From a virus (Duplodnaviria > Caudoviricetes), in IMG/VR virus record IMGVR_UViG_2706795344_000001, positions 1-64,000 of that record: a stretch of DNA of 64,000 bases; one strand, written 5' to 3'. This document shows, piece by piece, positions 34,840-45,801 of the stretch. A program made the position numbers and the translations under genes. Within the stretch, counting starts at the first letter, position 1, and each line of letters starts with the position of its first letter. The notes below the pieces were generated by a model. The model saw only the letters and a program-made list of their open reading frames with translations. It was not told where the DNA came from and did not search any database.

Positions 34840-36826
34840 AGTCGCTAAGTTTCTCTCTGTATTTGGATTTGATATCGATACTGCTCAATTAGAAAAATTT
34901 GAGAGTATCACAAGAGGTATCAGATTATCTACGGTGAAACTGGCAAGAGATTTAAGAGCTACCAACAAGCAATTAACTGATGTATCAAATAAGATGAAGT
35001 CAGTCAATGGCAAGTTGGACTCTGTAGGTGGAAAGAGGGGAGCAAACAGCTTAGCTAGTAGTTATGCTGGTCTCTCTCGAAACGTCAATGTCTCACAGTC
35101 AGCAATGACAAGACTTTCTACCACATTAACCTCACTTGACCCTAAGTTAGCAACACTTGATGACAAAGTTAAAAAACTTACAAATTCATGGGCTGCATAC
35201 GCTGATAAGGTTAAAGAAGCAAATGGTAGATTAAAAGAGACAAAAGAATTAAGAAACCAGCCAGCTGCACCTAGAAGTGGTGGAGGTTTGGCTTATGGAT
35301 TAGCTGCTGGAGCTGCTGCCTCAAGAGCTTCTAAAGGTTCAGGTGGTGGAGCTGCTGCTGGACTACTTGGTGGGGCAGTTGGAAGGTTCGCTGGTAACTT
35401 TGCTCCTTCTGCTGCTTTAGCTGGTGGTGCAGTGTCAGCTGGATATGCTGCCAAGGAAGTAATTCAGGTAGGCCGTGAATATCGTAAGATGAGACAGGTA
35501 CTCCTTGCTTCTTCAGATTCTCAAGCAGAGTTCAATAGGAACTTAGATTATGCAGAGAAAGTGACAAATAGATTAGGTACTAACATAATCGAATTTGGTT
35601 CTGCTTATGCTAAGACACTCCAAGCTGCTAAAGGTAAGCTGACACTAGACCAGACAGAAAAACTATTCGAACAATTCTCAGAGTTGATGGTAGTTTTAGG
35701 TTCTAGTGATGACGACCAGAAAGGTATCTTCCGAGCAATGTCACAGATGTTCTCGAAAGGTAAAATCCAGATGGAAGAAGTCAACCAGATGGCTGAACGT
35801 AACGTTCCAGCTCTGGCTATGTTGACAAGAGCCTATAAAGAATTAGGCATGACTCAGGATGAGTTTGAGAAAGCACAAAGGGAAGGTAAATTAGACCCTA
35901 CCAAGTTCTTGCCACTATTTGGTAAATATGCTAGTGAATTTGCTAGAAATAACAATGCTTTAAATAAAGCTTTGGAATCTAGTGTGACTCAACAAGGTAT
36001 CTTCATGAACCAAATGAGGAAACTTGCTGACCAGATTATGGAAGCTGGACTAGATAAATTACTTGGTGATATGTTCAAAGGATTAACAAACTTAGGTACA
36101 GCGCTGACACCATTAGTTATGTGGCTTGTTAAAGCTACTCTTGGATTCATTGAATTTACTAAAGCTATGGTTGACTGGTCTAAAGAGCATCCAATTATCG
36201 CTGGTATGTTAGCAGCATTAATCGGTGGATTCTTTGGCTTAGGTAAGATGATGAGAGCTGGTATCCCAATTGCTGGAGCTTTATTCTCTGCCCTTATTAC
36301 AGGGTTAGCTGGATTGAAGATCGCATTGGTTAGGACTGGTATCTTAGCAATCTTTGTAGCGATTGGTGAAGTACTGGCAGCTCTGTATGAGCATATGAAT
36401 GGTGAGAATAACTGGCTTTCTGTGATGATCAATGGTCTTACGATTTTTGGTTATAAAATCCAGAACGTTTATGAGAACTTCTTAACATTACTTACTGCCA
36501 TTCGTCAAGGTTTATCAGATAGCTTTATTGGTCAGTTCTTCTCTAAGATGTTGAACTTCGATTTTAGTAATGCTTTCAATGGGCCATCTAGTCCATTACA
36601 ACCTCAAAGACCAGCACCTCAAGGTTCTACATTAGCTCAGCAAAACCAAGCTGCTCAGCAATTAATGCAGAACAAAGGAAATTATGCGAATCAAATTCCT
36701 GCACCATCTAAACCTCCAATTTTTGGTGGATTCAATGCTCAGTACACGCTGAAGATTGAAAACGGTAAACAGGTATTTACAACTACTCAAGGACAGAAAA
36801 TTAACGTAGGAGGTCTGCAAAAATGA
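34823..36826 (+). CDS. Tape measure protein
   Basis: AMSQMFSKGKIQMEEVNQMAE tape-measure domain; TM segments. Confidence 0.9.
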   Translation: MTTKVEVAKFLSVFGFDIDTAQLEKFESITRGIRLSTVKLARDLRATNKQLTDVSNKMKSVNGKLDSVGGKRGANSLASSYAGLSRNVNVSQSAMTRLSTTLTSLDPKLATLDDKVKKLTNSWAAYADKVKEANGRLKETKELRNQPAAPRSGGGLAYGLAAGAAASRASKGSGGGAAAGLLGGAVGRFAGNFAPSAALAGGAVSAGYAAKEVIQVGREYRKMRQVLLASSDSQAEFNRNLDYAEKVTNRLGTNIIEFGSAYAKTLQAAKGKLTLDQTEKLFEQFSELMVVLGSSDDDQKGIFRAMSQMFSKGKIQMEEVNQMAERNVPALAMLTRAYKELGMTQDEFEKAQREGKLDPTKFLPLFGKYASEFARNNNALNKALESSVTQQGIFMNQMRKLADQIMEAGLDKLLGDMFKGLTNLGTALTPLVMWLVKATLGFIEFTKAMVDWSKEHPIIAGMLAALIGGFFGLGKMMRAGIPIAGALFSALITGLAGLKIALVRTGILAIFVAIGEVLAALYEHMNGENNWLSVMINGLTIFGYKIQNVYENFLTLLTAIRQGLSDSFIGQFFSKMLNFDFSNAFNGPSSPLQPQRPAPQGSTLAQQNQAAQQLMQNKGNYANQIPAPSKPPIFGGFNAQYTLKIENGKQVFTTTQGQKINVGGLQK

Positions 36827-37761
36827 TTTATTCATTAGTCATCTTGAATGACCAAGGAGCAATCCAAGAAACGATCTCCTTCGATGCTGTAACACGAATG
36901 GGTAAATCATACTCAATGACTGTTGCACAAAATGCTGTAGAAGAGGGCTTTAGTGTTTCGGACCATGTATCACGTGGCAACACCAAGTTCTCAATGTCTG
37001 CTGTAGTCTCTGACTCCTTGTTTATGCGTAAGGGTGCAACACTCCACTATGTGAATGGACGCTTTGAAAGGATTTATGAAGATGTAGACCCGATCACTGA
37101 TGAGTCTCCTTCTAAGGCCATGCAAGAGCGTCTTGAAGCCATGGCTGAGAAAGGTGAAATCTTTGGTTTGTTCGAGTCAAGAAGTACAGAGAGTACCAAT
37201 GTCGTAAACCTTATTTATCCATGTATCTTAACTGATTTGAGTTTTGATAACTCTGATGGTTCAGAAGCTGTCTACCCTAACATGTCTTTTGAGAAGATTA
37301 GGGTGGCTAAGGTCGAGACGAGAGTGGTGGAGAATCCCTCTCCAGAACTTATCCCTTATGTTAAAAGTTCAAATGCTGGGAATCAGACTGGTGCTTCTGG
37401 TAGCGCTGCTGTAACTGACCCTAAAGTTGATAATACCGATCTTATTGAACAGGCTAAGAAAGGTAATCAGGATTTGGTACAGAAGATTGTTCCAAAAGAA
37501 AAAACTTGGTCAGATTTAAAAGTGGCTGAACAGAAGAAACGTATTGATGAACTTAGTTACAGTAATCAAGCCGAGAGAGAGTTTAGGAAGAACTTGGAAA
37601 GCGGTAAATCAACATGGAGCCAGAAAGGTGAATTCGTTGATGGATACGTGAACAGGGAAATGACTAAGAAATATGGTGCTGGATGGAAGACATCAAGTAC
37701 ATCTCCTCAAGCTCCTGTTACTTCTACTGTTGCTGGTGGTGGTTCAATGAGGCAGAAATAA
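36823..37761 (+). CDS. Tail tube initiator / Dit-like protein
   Basis: FDAV...AVEEGFSVSDH motif. Confidence 0.7.
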   Translation: MIYSLVILNDQGAIQETISFDAVTRMGKSYSMTVAQNAVEEGFSVSDHVSRGNTKFSMSAVVSDSLFMRKGATLHYVNGRFERIYEDVDPITDESPSKAMQERLEAMAEKGEIFGLFESRSTESTNVVNLIYPCILTDLSFDNSDGSEAVYPNMSFEKIRVAKVETRVVENPSPELIPYVKSSNAGNQTGASGSAAVTDPKVDNTDLIEQAKKGNQDLVQKIVPKEKTWSDLKVAEQKKRIDELSYSNQAEREFRKNLESGKSTWSQKGEFVDGYVNREMTKKYGAGWKTSSTSPQAPVTSTVAGGGSMRQK

Positions 37762-38096
37762 TGAGTTATTTTAATTATGCATGGGTACAGATGGTTGACC
37801 TACCAACGTATAGCTGTACTGCCACATGCTTTGAACAAACACTGAACATTCGGATTACTTGGATTGAGAGAATTAAGCGTAGGGCAATCTCAGTCACAGG
37901 TAGTAATGGTGCTGTCTATCTACAGAACACTGTAATCAATGTAGATGAACCATTACAGTTTAATTCAAACGCTCTTGAAGATGGTTATGACTGTTCAATT
38001 ATCTTGCAGTCTACACCTGACGCACCTAAAGAGGTGGACTATTTAAATTGGTCAAAGAATATGTTTTTGACAGTCTACAGAATCACGGAGAATTAA
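37761..38096 (+). CDS. Small baseplate protein (start MSYFNY)
   Basis: TAATG overlap; position. Confidence 0.6.
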   Translation: MSYFNYAWVQMVDLPTYSCTATCFEQTLNIRITWIERIKRRAISVTGSNGAVYLQNTVINVDEPLQFNSNALEDGYDCSIILQSTPDAPKEVDYLNWSKNMFLTVYRITEN

Positions 38097-38097
38097 T

Positions 38098-39360
38098 ATG
38101 ATTGGTGGTGATATCCAATGGACAAGGTATGCCGAAGTAAGCTTCACAAACTTCAACAGTGGTGTCATCACTACAATCAAAAGCAATCAGATCGACGATA
38201 AAAACGATATTGTTGGTGAAGGATTAAGGATTGCTTTTGAATACTCTAAAAGTGATGACCAAGGTTATAACTCTCCTAATGGTAAAGTTGTTATCTATGG
38301 ACTGACAGAGAAGACTTTCAACACTCTTGGTGAGAGATTGAGATGTGAACTTGAGGTTAAAGCTGGATACCTTGAGTCTAAATTAAATGCTCCAAAGAGA
38401 TTGTTTTATGCAGTCTTGATGGATAAGAAATACGAAATCCAAAATGGTATTAGTGTTAGTACCTTTGATGTCCTTGGCAACTTTATCGAGAAGGTGATTG
38501 CCGAGAAGATGTCTTTAAATTTACCCAAACCTACAATGCGAGACATCATGGTTTCCATTTCTAGTGCCATGGGTAAAGCAATGGATATGTACATCCAAGG
38601 GGACCCAAACGATGCACAGTTAATTGCTGAATATATGATGAAGTGGGTTGTCTCTCCTTTTGGTTATTCTTTTGCTTCTACACCACAACAGGAATTGAAG
38701 AGATTAAAGGATGCCTATGGTATCACATACCGTATCGAAAAGGATGCTGTTGTATTTGGAATTATGGATAAAGCCTACAACTGGCATTTAGAAGGTGCAA
38801 GACAAATTTCTCAGATTGAGAAAAAGAAAGCAGATACAACCTTAGTGGCTCAGAATAAGATTGCCCCTGAAGTTGTTGAAACTAAACCTATCGAGACTCC
38901 AACACAGAAAGTTAACCTCATTAAAACTCATGCTTTAATTCTCTCAGCCGACACTGGACTGATTGGCTCTCCTGTGGTGAGTACACCGATTGAAGATAAG
39001 AACTATGATGAAGGTTTAGCTGAAGGTGAGGAAGTTTGGTCTAAGAAAGAGCAGAGAGCTTTAATTGATAAAAAGACAGGGAAAGCAAGGGTAGACAAGA
39101 AAACTGGCGAAGTCAAGATGACTAAAAAACCTAAGAAATATAAGGTAGCCAGACGGACAGTAACTGCTAAATGTTTTATCAATGCAATGCTCGAATTTAA
39201 CTCTCAAGTAACGATTGTCACTCCTAGTGCTATTGCAGACGGTACATATCGTGTACGTAGCATCAAGATTAATGGTGACACTGATGCCAGTGGTCCTTGG
39301 ACTATGGAACTTGAGTTGAATGGTGATGGTAAGTCGGATATGGAGATTGTAAATGGATGA
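38098..39360 (+). CDS. Baseplate hub protein
   Basis: TGLIGSP; GTYRVRSIKINGDT...W. Confidence 0.75.
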   Translation: MIGGDIQWTRYAEVSFTNFNSGVITTIKSNQIDDKNDIVGEGLRIAFEYSKSDDQGYNSPNGKVVIYGLTEKTFNTLGERLRCELEVKAGYLESKLNAPKRLFYAVLMDKKYEIQNGISVSTFDVLGNFIEKVIAEKMSLNLPKPTMRDIMVSISSAMGKAMDMYIQGDPNDAQLIAEYMMKWVVSPFGYSFASTPQQELKRLKDAYGITYRIEKDAVVFGIMDKAYNWHLEGARQISQIEKKKADTTLVAQNKIAPEVVETKPIETPTQKVNLIKTHALILSADTGLIGSPVVSTPIEDKNYDEGLAEGEEVWSKKEQRALIDKKTGKARVDKKTGEVKMTKKPKKYKVARRTVTAKCFINAMLEFNSQVTIVTPSAIADGTYRVRSIKINGDTDASGPWTMELELNGDGKSDMEIVNG

Positions 39361-40123
39361 TGTGATTACGCTAAAACTTGAGAATGACATCATCAATATG
39401 GGTGGTGAAACAGAAGAAATTGAACTTGAGCCAATCCTGTACAACTTCATGGATGATTACATGAGGGAACTAAAGTTCTGTATGCCAGCTCGTGTTGTTA
39501 ATGTGCAACATGCTGAGGAGCTTAGAATTGATGTTCAGCCATTGAATAAGGTTCGACATAATGATGGTGTGGTCCAAGAACTTCCACTCATTACAAACGT
39601 TCCTATGTATTGTTACGGTACTGATGACAGTGCTGTACTGATCACTCCAAAACAAGGTCAAACAGTATTGATCATGTTCTCGCAATTGAGTTTAGATGAA
39701 TTCAAAGGGGGAAGTATTCAACCTTATGAGTCTCGTACTAATAGGAAGATGGATATTCAGGATGCTATCGCATTTCCAAGTCTATTTCCATTTAACCGTA
39801 GTCCAAACAGAAAGGTTCGTCACTTCACCGATCACTCCCTAGAAGATTTAACTGTAGTTCATAACCTTGGTACTGAAAAGGAAAACAAAGTCATTTTAAA
39901 ACGTGACGGAAAGGTTGGAATTATCAGCCCATCTTCAGTAGATATCGATGCACCACTTACAAACATCTCAAAGGATATGAATGTTAAAGGTTCAATCAAT
40001 GTTGATATCGATGTGAAGATTGCTGGACGTAGTGTTAAGACATTTATGGAAACTCATACACACAACTATACAGACGATGGTAATGCTATGGTTACTGCGC
40101 CACCAAATCCAACAGGAGCTTAA
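39353..40123 (+). CDS. Baseplate spike (gpV/gp138-like)
   Basis: MPARVV...DVQPL OB fold; C-terminal HTH metal-binding pair. Confidence 0.85.
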   Translation: MDDVITLKLENDIINMGGETEEIELEPILYNFMDDYMRELKFCMPARVVNVQHAEELRIDVQPLNKVRHNDGVVQELPLITNVPMYCYGTDDSAVLITPKQGQTVLIMFSQLSLDEFKGGSIQPYESRTNRKMDIQDAIAFPSLFPFNRSPNRKVRHFTDHSLEDLTVVHNLGTEKENKVILKRDGKVGIISPSSVDIDAPLTNISKDMNVKGSINVDIDVKIAGRSVKTFMETHTHNYTDDGNAMVTAPPNPTGA

Positions 40124-40124
40124 T

Positions 40125-40508
40125 ATGGACATTTTGATGACCACTGAGGGGGTTAGCCTATCTAAAGGCAAACTATCCCTTACAAAGAGCCGTGGTGAGT
40201 CCCTAGCACAACGTTTAGTTGTCCACCTGAGAACTTTCTTAGAAAGCTGGTTCTTGGATGTGAATATGGGGATTGACTACTTTAATAAAGTCTTTGAAAA
40301 AACAATTCCAAAGTCTTCTATTGATGCGACATTCCAGACAGCTATCTACAAGGATGTTCGAGTGGAAAAGATCATTGCATTCAATAGCACAATCGAGAGA
40401 AACAAGTATCGATTGTCATTCAAGGTAAAAGCCAAGGAAGGCTTTATTAGTGATGTCGTGAATGTTGACATTTCAAATAACGAAATTAGTATCGGAGTCG
40501 GAGCTTAA
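40125..40508 (+). CDS. Baseplate wedge protein (gp25-like)
   Basis: LRTFLESWFLDVNMGIDY. Confidence 0.75.
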   Translation: MDILMTTEGVSLSKGKLSLTKSRGESLAQRLVVHLRTFLESWFLDVNMGIDYFNKVFEKTIPKSSIDATFQTAIYKDVRVEKIIAFNSTIERNKYRLSFKVKAKEGFISDVVNVDISNNEISIGVGA

Positions 40509-40509
40509 T

Positions 40510-41952
40510 ATGGCAATTTTAAATGATAAAGGTGTTGAAATTCAAAAGCTTGAGGGTATCCTTCAAGACTTACAAACGATTGCCAGACGTAGATTTGCTG
40601 ATTTAATTGGCCCTGACGACGATCTGGACGTGAGTAGTTATTCTGTTCTTGGTCGTATCTTGGGTACAGTTGCTGAACCAGAAGCTCTAAATGAAGAGTT
40701 ACTTTTACTACTATGGCAGTCACTTGACCCTGAACAGGCTGAAGGTATTTTCCTTGACAAGATTCTTGGCCTTCTAGGTATTGTCCGTAAAGGTGAAGTC
40801 AAAGGATTCGCTGGTGTAATTGCTGAAGGTAATATCGGAGTTACAGTGCCAGCTAAGAGTTTAATCTCAAGCACAATCACTGGAGACGTATTCGAGACTA
40901 CAGCTGATGCCACTTTCTCTTTAGATAGTGCATGTGGTGTTGTTCTACAAATCCCAGATACCGTGGCTGACAAGACATATTCTTTAGGATATACAGGTAG
41001 TTATGGTCAAAACAAATACCCAACAATCTCAACAAGAAGTGTTGCTGGTGATACAAAGAATATGATTGCTAGACGTTTCGCTGAAACTGTCAATAGTTCA
41101 TCTACCCTATTGTACGCCACTGTTGATAATGATGACAACGTAATTGTTCGATTTATTAACCTTAACACTGTTGGCTACTTTAGTTTGACTGGAAGTAATT
41201 TTAAGGCGATTAAGTCCTTCATTCCTATTTCAACAATTTCTGTAACCGCTGCTGCTGGTGTACAAGCTGCTGACACATTGACAGTAATGCAAACCCCTGT
41301 AATTGGTTGGGTGAGTGTTACAAACCCATTTGACTCTATCGCAAGTGAGCCAAAGGAAGATGATGCCACTTTCCGTACAAGAGGTCGTATTTCTAAATCA
41401 ATTAAGTCTACAGCAAATAGAGCTGCACTGTACTCTGAATTATATTCATTGAATGGTGTTCGTTACGTGAATATTCAAGAAAACATCTATGACAACGTAA
41501 TTAATAATATCCCACCAAAGGGTATTGCTGTAGTTGTTCTAGGTGGTAGTGACACTGAGATTGCACAAGTGATCAAAGATAATATCGCTATCGGTTGTGG
41601 CACTGTAGGTAACTTAGTAGTCCCAATGGTAGATGCTGCTGGTACAGTGGACATTAAATTTAGTAGACCTGAGTATGTGCCTATTGCTATGAAACTTGGC
41701 TTAGAGACAGACTCATCATTCCCACAAAACGGTAAGGTACTTATCCAAGAAGCAATTGTTAGATACTTCGAGACTCTTGAAGTTGGTGACGATGTTGTTT
41801 GGTCTAAGTTATTCAATCCGATTAACGAGGTACGAGGCCAGAGTGTTAATTCACTTCTTATCGGTAAGAAAGGTGAAGAACTTAGCTTATCAAATGTCGT
41901 ACTTACATACAACCAATTGCCAATCATTTCATTTGAAGATATCGAAATCTAA
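40510..41952 (+). CDS. Baseplate J-like protein
   Basis: AEGIFLD, EDDATFR, IKFSRP motifs. Confidence 0.88.
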   Translation: MAILNDKGVEIQKLEGILQDLQTIARRRFADLIGPDDDLDVSSYSVLGRILGTVAEPEALNEELLLLLWQSLDPEQAEGIFLDKILGLLGIVRKGEVKGFAGVIAEGNIGVTVPAKSLISSTITGDVFETTADATFSLDSACGVVLQIPDTVADKTYSLGYTGSYGQNKYPTISTRSVAGDTKNMIARRFAETVNSSSTLLYATVDNDDNVIVRFINLNTVGYFSLTGSNFKAIKSFIPISTISVTAAAGVQAADTLTVMQTPVIGWVSVTNPFDSIASEPKEDDATFRTRGRISKSIKSTANRAALYSELYSLNGVRYVNIQENIYDNVINNIPPKGIAVVVLGGSDTEIAQVIKDNIAIGCGTVGNLVVPMVDAAGTVDIKFSRPEYVPIAMKLGLETDSSFPQNGKVLIQEAIVRYFETLEVGDDVVWSKLFNPINEVRGQSVNSLLIGKKGEELSLSNVVLTYNQLPIISFEDIEI

Positions 41953-41961
41953 GGAGGGTTC

Positions 41962-43443
41962 ATGGACAAGATTGATTATGCAGCTCTTGCAAGATCAAGA
42001 TACACAAGCCAATTCGAGAATGACAAGGTTTATGATGCCATCATTCAAACAATAATCGAATACAAACTTAAGACTCAGGATTTGTATATCAATTTTGCTG
42101 AAACTCTTCTCGACATTGACAAATCTACAGGACGTAACTTGGACCTGATTGGCAGCATTGTTGGTCAGCCAAGAGTCCTTGTGGACTTCAGTATTGACAA
42201 GTATTTTGGTTTCTTAGGGAATCCAAGAGCTGAGCCATACGATAAGGGTCTGTGGTACTCGACCTTTAGTGCTAAGGGTGCAGACTCAAGAGTACTTTCA
42301 GACGAGGAATACAGACGTATTATTAAGGCGAGAATCATTCGAAATAAGACAAACTGTAGTCGTAGCGACTTCATGAAAATTTTGGAACTTATTTTGAATA
42401 TCGATACAACCAAGAAATATACAAACATCCTTGGTAACAGCAACTTTACAACACCATTAGTCCTTGGCAATTCAACAGCTACTGTAACTAGAGGTGTGAC
42501 AATGAGTGACACAGCTACTGCTCAGATTACGAGTACATGGGTTGCACCTAATTTGATTACAGGTGGTGAAACTGAAGTTGATGGTAGTTTAAAACCTTCT
42601 CAAACAGAATACATCTTATGGCGTAGGTCAGCTGATTTGAATGCTGCATATGCTAAAGGTCAGGTTGTAATTTCCTTTGATATCAAAGTTGGTGTTGCTG
42701 GTAATGTTACGGTCTATTCTACGAATGGTACACCTGACTATTCTTTTACTACCAATGTAAACGTTCCTGTTGCCAATGAGTATGTAAGGATGTCTGTTAC
42801 TGTCACTCCTGCAAGAGTTACAGCAAACAATACTGGTATGTCATGCCTTGAGTTCTTTGGTACATACAGTACTGGAAGATGGGTGGCAGTGAAGAATGTG
42901 GTTGTTCAACAAGCATCTCAAATAAACACAACTATGTCTATGAATACAAATGGTAAATCTACCAAAATTGTTTCAGGGAAAGCATATACATTGTTTATGA
43001 AGGTTGCTACACAGACAGCTTCAAATGCTATCAGTGTGACTTTAAAAGGCCCATCAACAGCTACACAGAACATCGTAACATCGTCGGCTGTTGCTAGTAG
43101 AGACATTAATAACCCAACATTAATTAGGGTTACTTTTAATGCCACTATTTCAAGTGATCAAGCTGACATTGCCATTCTTTCAACAGGAAAACTTGGTGAT
43201 AAGTTCTGGGTTAAGGAGTTGCAGATTACTGAAGGTACATTAGCTACCTCTCCGACAACATGGTCAGCATCTTACTATGACTCGCCTAGATATACATTGA
43301 CATCTCCTAGTCATGGAAACATTGACTTATCAGTGTTCAATTATACAGGTGATCTTGGTATTCATTTCTTGTCTAACTTTGAGAAGACTGGTGATTTAAT
43401 CCCTGTCCCAATGGGATACAAGTTAAGCGTATATATTAATTGA
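41962..43443 (+). CDS. Baseplate wedge protein (DUF2612-like) with inserted beta-sandwich domains
   Basis: GRNLDLIGSIVG, LSDEEYRRIIKARI, IPVPMG; ~280-aa insertion. Confidence 0.8.
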   Translation: MDKIDYAALARSRYTSQFENDKVYDAIIQTIIEYKLKTQDLYINFAETLLDIDKSTGRNLDLIGSIVGQPRVLVDFSIDKYFGFLGNPRAEPYDKGLWYSTFSAKGADSRVLSDEEYRRIIKARIIRNKTNCSRSDFMKILELILNIDTTKKYTNILGNSNFTTPLVLGNSTATVTRGVTMSDTATAQITSTWVAPNLITGGETEVDGSLKPSQTEYILWRRSADLNAAYAKGQVVISFDIKVGVAGNVTVYSTNGTPDYSFTTNVNVPVANEYVRMSVTVTPARVTANNTGMSCLEFFGTYSTGRWVAVKNVVVQQASQINTTMSMNTNGKSTKIVSGKAYTLFMKVATQTASNAISVTLKGPSTATQNIVTSSAVASRDINNPTLIRVTFNATISSDQADIAILSTGKLGDKFWVKELQITEGTLATSPTTWSASYYDSPRYTLTSPSHGNIDLSVFNYTGDLGIHFLSNFEKTGDLIPVPMGYKLSVYIN

Positions 43444-43450
43444 GGATAAT

Positions 43451-44311
43451 ATGAGACTTTTGATTTCTGCCTTCTTTAACGTTGGCACATGGGACCGTAA
43501 ATTCTTATTGAATGGTGAATTTACAGGTTGGTTTAAGGGACACCTTACCAACCAAGGTCTTGACAGATGTGGTGATAGCTACTGGTATTCTGGTACTCAC
43601 ATTGGTTCAGGAACGGCAGATATCAGCGACGGTTCGACCACTCTTGCAAATCCATTCATGTTCTTAAGCGAGGCTGTGAGTGATAACTCTACCTCATACC
43701 TTAAGGATGACTACATTGTTTGGGAAAGGGAAATTGAATACCGTGTTGATGGTAAACAAGCCCCTTCTGTCTCTGAGATTTCAGCATCTTGGGATAACGA
43801 TGTTAAAACTGCTGTAGCTGTGGCAAATCTCCCACTCAATATCAGCTTAGGCGATAATGATGATCTAGTAGTTAAGGTTAAATTGGTTGTAAGACAATCT
43901 GCTACTGAGGTTATGACAGGGACTGTTGATTTTGGTGCATCGATTCATCAATACACAATCAAACCTTGTTTCTATAAGAAATTCGATAACTACTTTATTG
44001 GCAACCCTTTATCACAAAAAGATGGTCGTGTCTATAGTGGTGATATTCCTGCTGATATCGCACTAGAGCCAGAAGGTTCAATTGATTCTAACTTAGCTAT
44101 TTATGAGAGCTACACATTCAATTCCAGAAGTAGAAAGTTCTCTAACTTCTTCACATTGAGTAGCCCAAATGCTTACACACGTACAGCAACATCACACACA
44201 ATTGGAATTCCTAGCGCATATGGTGTCGAGTTTGAACCGCCTATCGATAAGAGTTTCAACAGAGAACTTACACTGAATTATTTATTGAAATGGGAGAGAG
44301 ATAATGGCTAA
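43451..44311 (+). CDS. Baseplate or tail-fibre-associated protein
   Basis: Position; LTNQGLD...IGSG; IDKSFNRELTLNYLLKWER. Confidence 0.6.
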   Translation: MRLLISAFFNVGTWDRKFLLNGEFTGWFKGHLTNQGLDRCGDSYWYSGTHIGSGTADISDGSTTLANPFMFLSEAVSDNSTSYLKDDYIVWEREIEYRVDGKQAPSVSEISASWDNDVKTAVAVANLPLNISLGDNDDLVVKVKLVVRQSATEVMTGTVDFGASIHQYTIKPCFYKKFDNYFIGNPLSQKDGRVYSGDIPADIALEPEGSIDSNLAIYESYTFNSRSRKFSNFFTLSSPNAYTRTATSHTIGIPSAYGVEFEPPIDKSFNRELTLNYLLKWERDNG

Positions 44312-45386
44312 GTCACCAAAACCAGATTTTACAAATGTATGGGCTACACAAGGTAACTTGGTTGCTCCATCACTTAACCAATTGCTTAGTGGCTGGCAAC
44401 AAAACCAGTTCCCACCATCTGGTGTAACTAACTATCAGATGAATAAAGTTGAATCTGCCATCTCTTATATCTTCCAAATGGGTATTGCAGAATGGACTCC
44501 TGAAGTTGAATATCAGGTCAACAGCTTAGCTCTCCACCCAACTAATGGTTTGGTATATCGATCTAAGACAATCAACAAATCTAAGGACCCAATGACGTCT
44601 GGCACAGATTGGGCTGTGGCATTCGACCAATTTGGAGCTTCTAACGATCTTAGAACCGAACTGACAAAGATTATGACACAAGATGGGTACATCCCATACT
44701 ACGTTAAGAAGTCTGACCCTGTAATGACTGGTGTTGCCAAAGCTCCAGCATTTAGAGCTGGTGTTGGTGCTCCAGCTGGTAATACTGGATTCCAATTTGA
44801 AAACTACAATACCACTGGTATGTACAGTCAAGGAGGTGATCTACTATTTTCTGCAAATGGAATTATTAATGGTCGAATCAAGTCTATCGCTCCTACCTTG
44901 GAGATGAATGATAACACCTTAGTAACAACTGCTTTACTTAAGAAGGTTATAGATGAAATCAAGGTTGCTACACAGCTTCCTATTGGTATGTCTATTATCT
45001 CCTCTAACAAAGCAAACCCTTCAACTTATTTAGGATATGGTACATGGATTCAAGACTTGCAAGGTAAGGCCCTTGTAGGTGTCGTGGCAAACGCTGGTAC
45101 TGATATGCCTGATTGGGTTAAGTATGTAGATAGTACATCTGGTGACAGTTACACAACTAAACTTGATATTAAAAACTTGCCATCATTCAGAGCCAACATC
45201 TTACTTAACACATGGGTTGGTGGTGACGATGCTAGTGGTGAGGGTGCTATCCTTACAGCTAACCGAGAATGGAGAACAGGTACACAAATGCCTGATAAAT
45301 CTTACGCTGACTTTAAGGGTGAAAACCTTCCATTCAGCAACGTACAGCCTTCTCAAACTAAATATATTTGGACTAGGACTGCTTAA
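44304..45386 (+). CDS. Tail fibre protein
   Basis: WATQG...PPSG..NY attachment domain; NPSTYLGYGTW...NVQPS..KYIWTRTA C-terminal domain. Confidence 0.85.
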   Translation: MAKSPKPDFTNVWATQGNLVAPSLNQLLSGWQQNQFPPSGVTNYQMNKVESAISYIFQMGIAEWTPEVEYQVNSLALHPTNGLVYRSKTINKSKDPMTSGTDWAVAFDQFGASNDLRTELTKIMTQDGYIPYYVKKSDPVMTGVAKAPAFRAGVGAPAGNTGFQFENYNTTGMYSQGGDLLFSANGIINGRIKSIAPTLEMNDNTLVTTALLKKVIDEIKVATQLPIGMSIISSNKANPSTYLGYGTWIQDLQGKALVGVVANAGTDMPDWVKYVDSTSGDSYTTKLDIKNLPSFRANILLNTWVGGDDASGEGAILTANREWRTGTQMPDKSYADFKGENLPFSNVQPSQTKYIWTRTA

Positions 45387-45388
45387 TT

Positions 45389-45790
45389 ATGGAATTTATT
45401 ACGAGCTTCATAGCTTTTGCCAAAGGCGTTTTCCCAGCTGCTGTTGGCTCGGTAATCGCTGTTTGGAGAAAGAGAAATGAAGTGAACTTTAGAGAGATGG
45501 ATGCTTACCAAAAAGCATCTATTATTCTTGTGGCACTCTTTGCCGTTTTGGTGGGTGTATGTATTGGTAAGTGGATTGGAGGCGCAGTAGCAGTGTATTA
45601 CACCACTTCACCTTTCGTAACAACCTTAATTGAATTCGCAACAGCCCTCAATGGCCTTAAACTTGTAGACAGTTTGATAAAGAGTGTAGAAGCAGCCTTG
45701 GATGTTGTTACAAAAAACGTTCCTGTTTTAATAGGGAATATTGTTGAACTCATTTCCGATAAAATCGAAAAGATTTTCGGTAAGAAGTAA
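45389..45790 (+). CDS. Putative holin or antiholin
   Basis: Hydrophobic helices; upstream of the endolysin. Confidence 0.55.
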   Translation: MEFITSFIAFAKGVFPAAVGSVIAVWRKRNEVNFREMDAYQKASIILVALFAVLVGVCIGKWIGGAVAVYYTTSPFVTTLIEFATALNGLKLVDSLIKSVEAALDVVTKNVPVLIGNIVELISDKIEKIFGKK

Positions 45791-45801
45791 AAGGTGATTA
45801 T

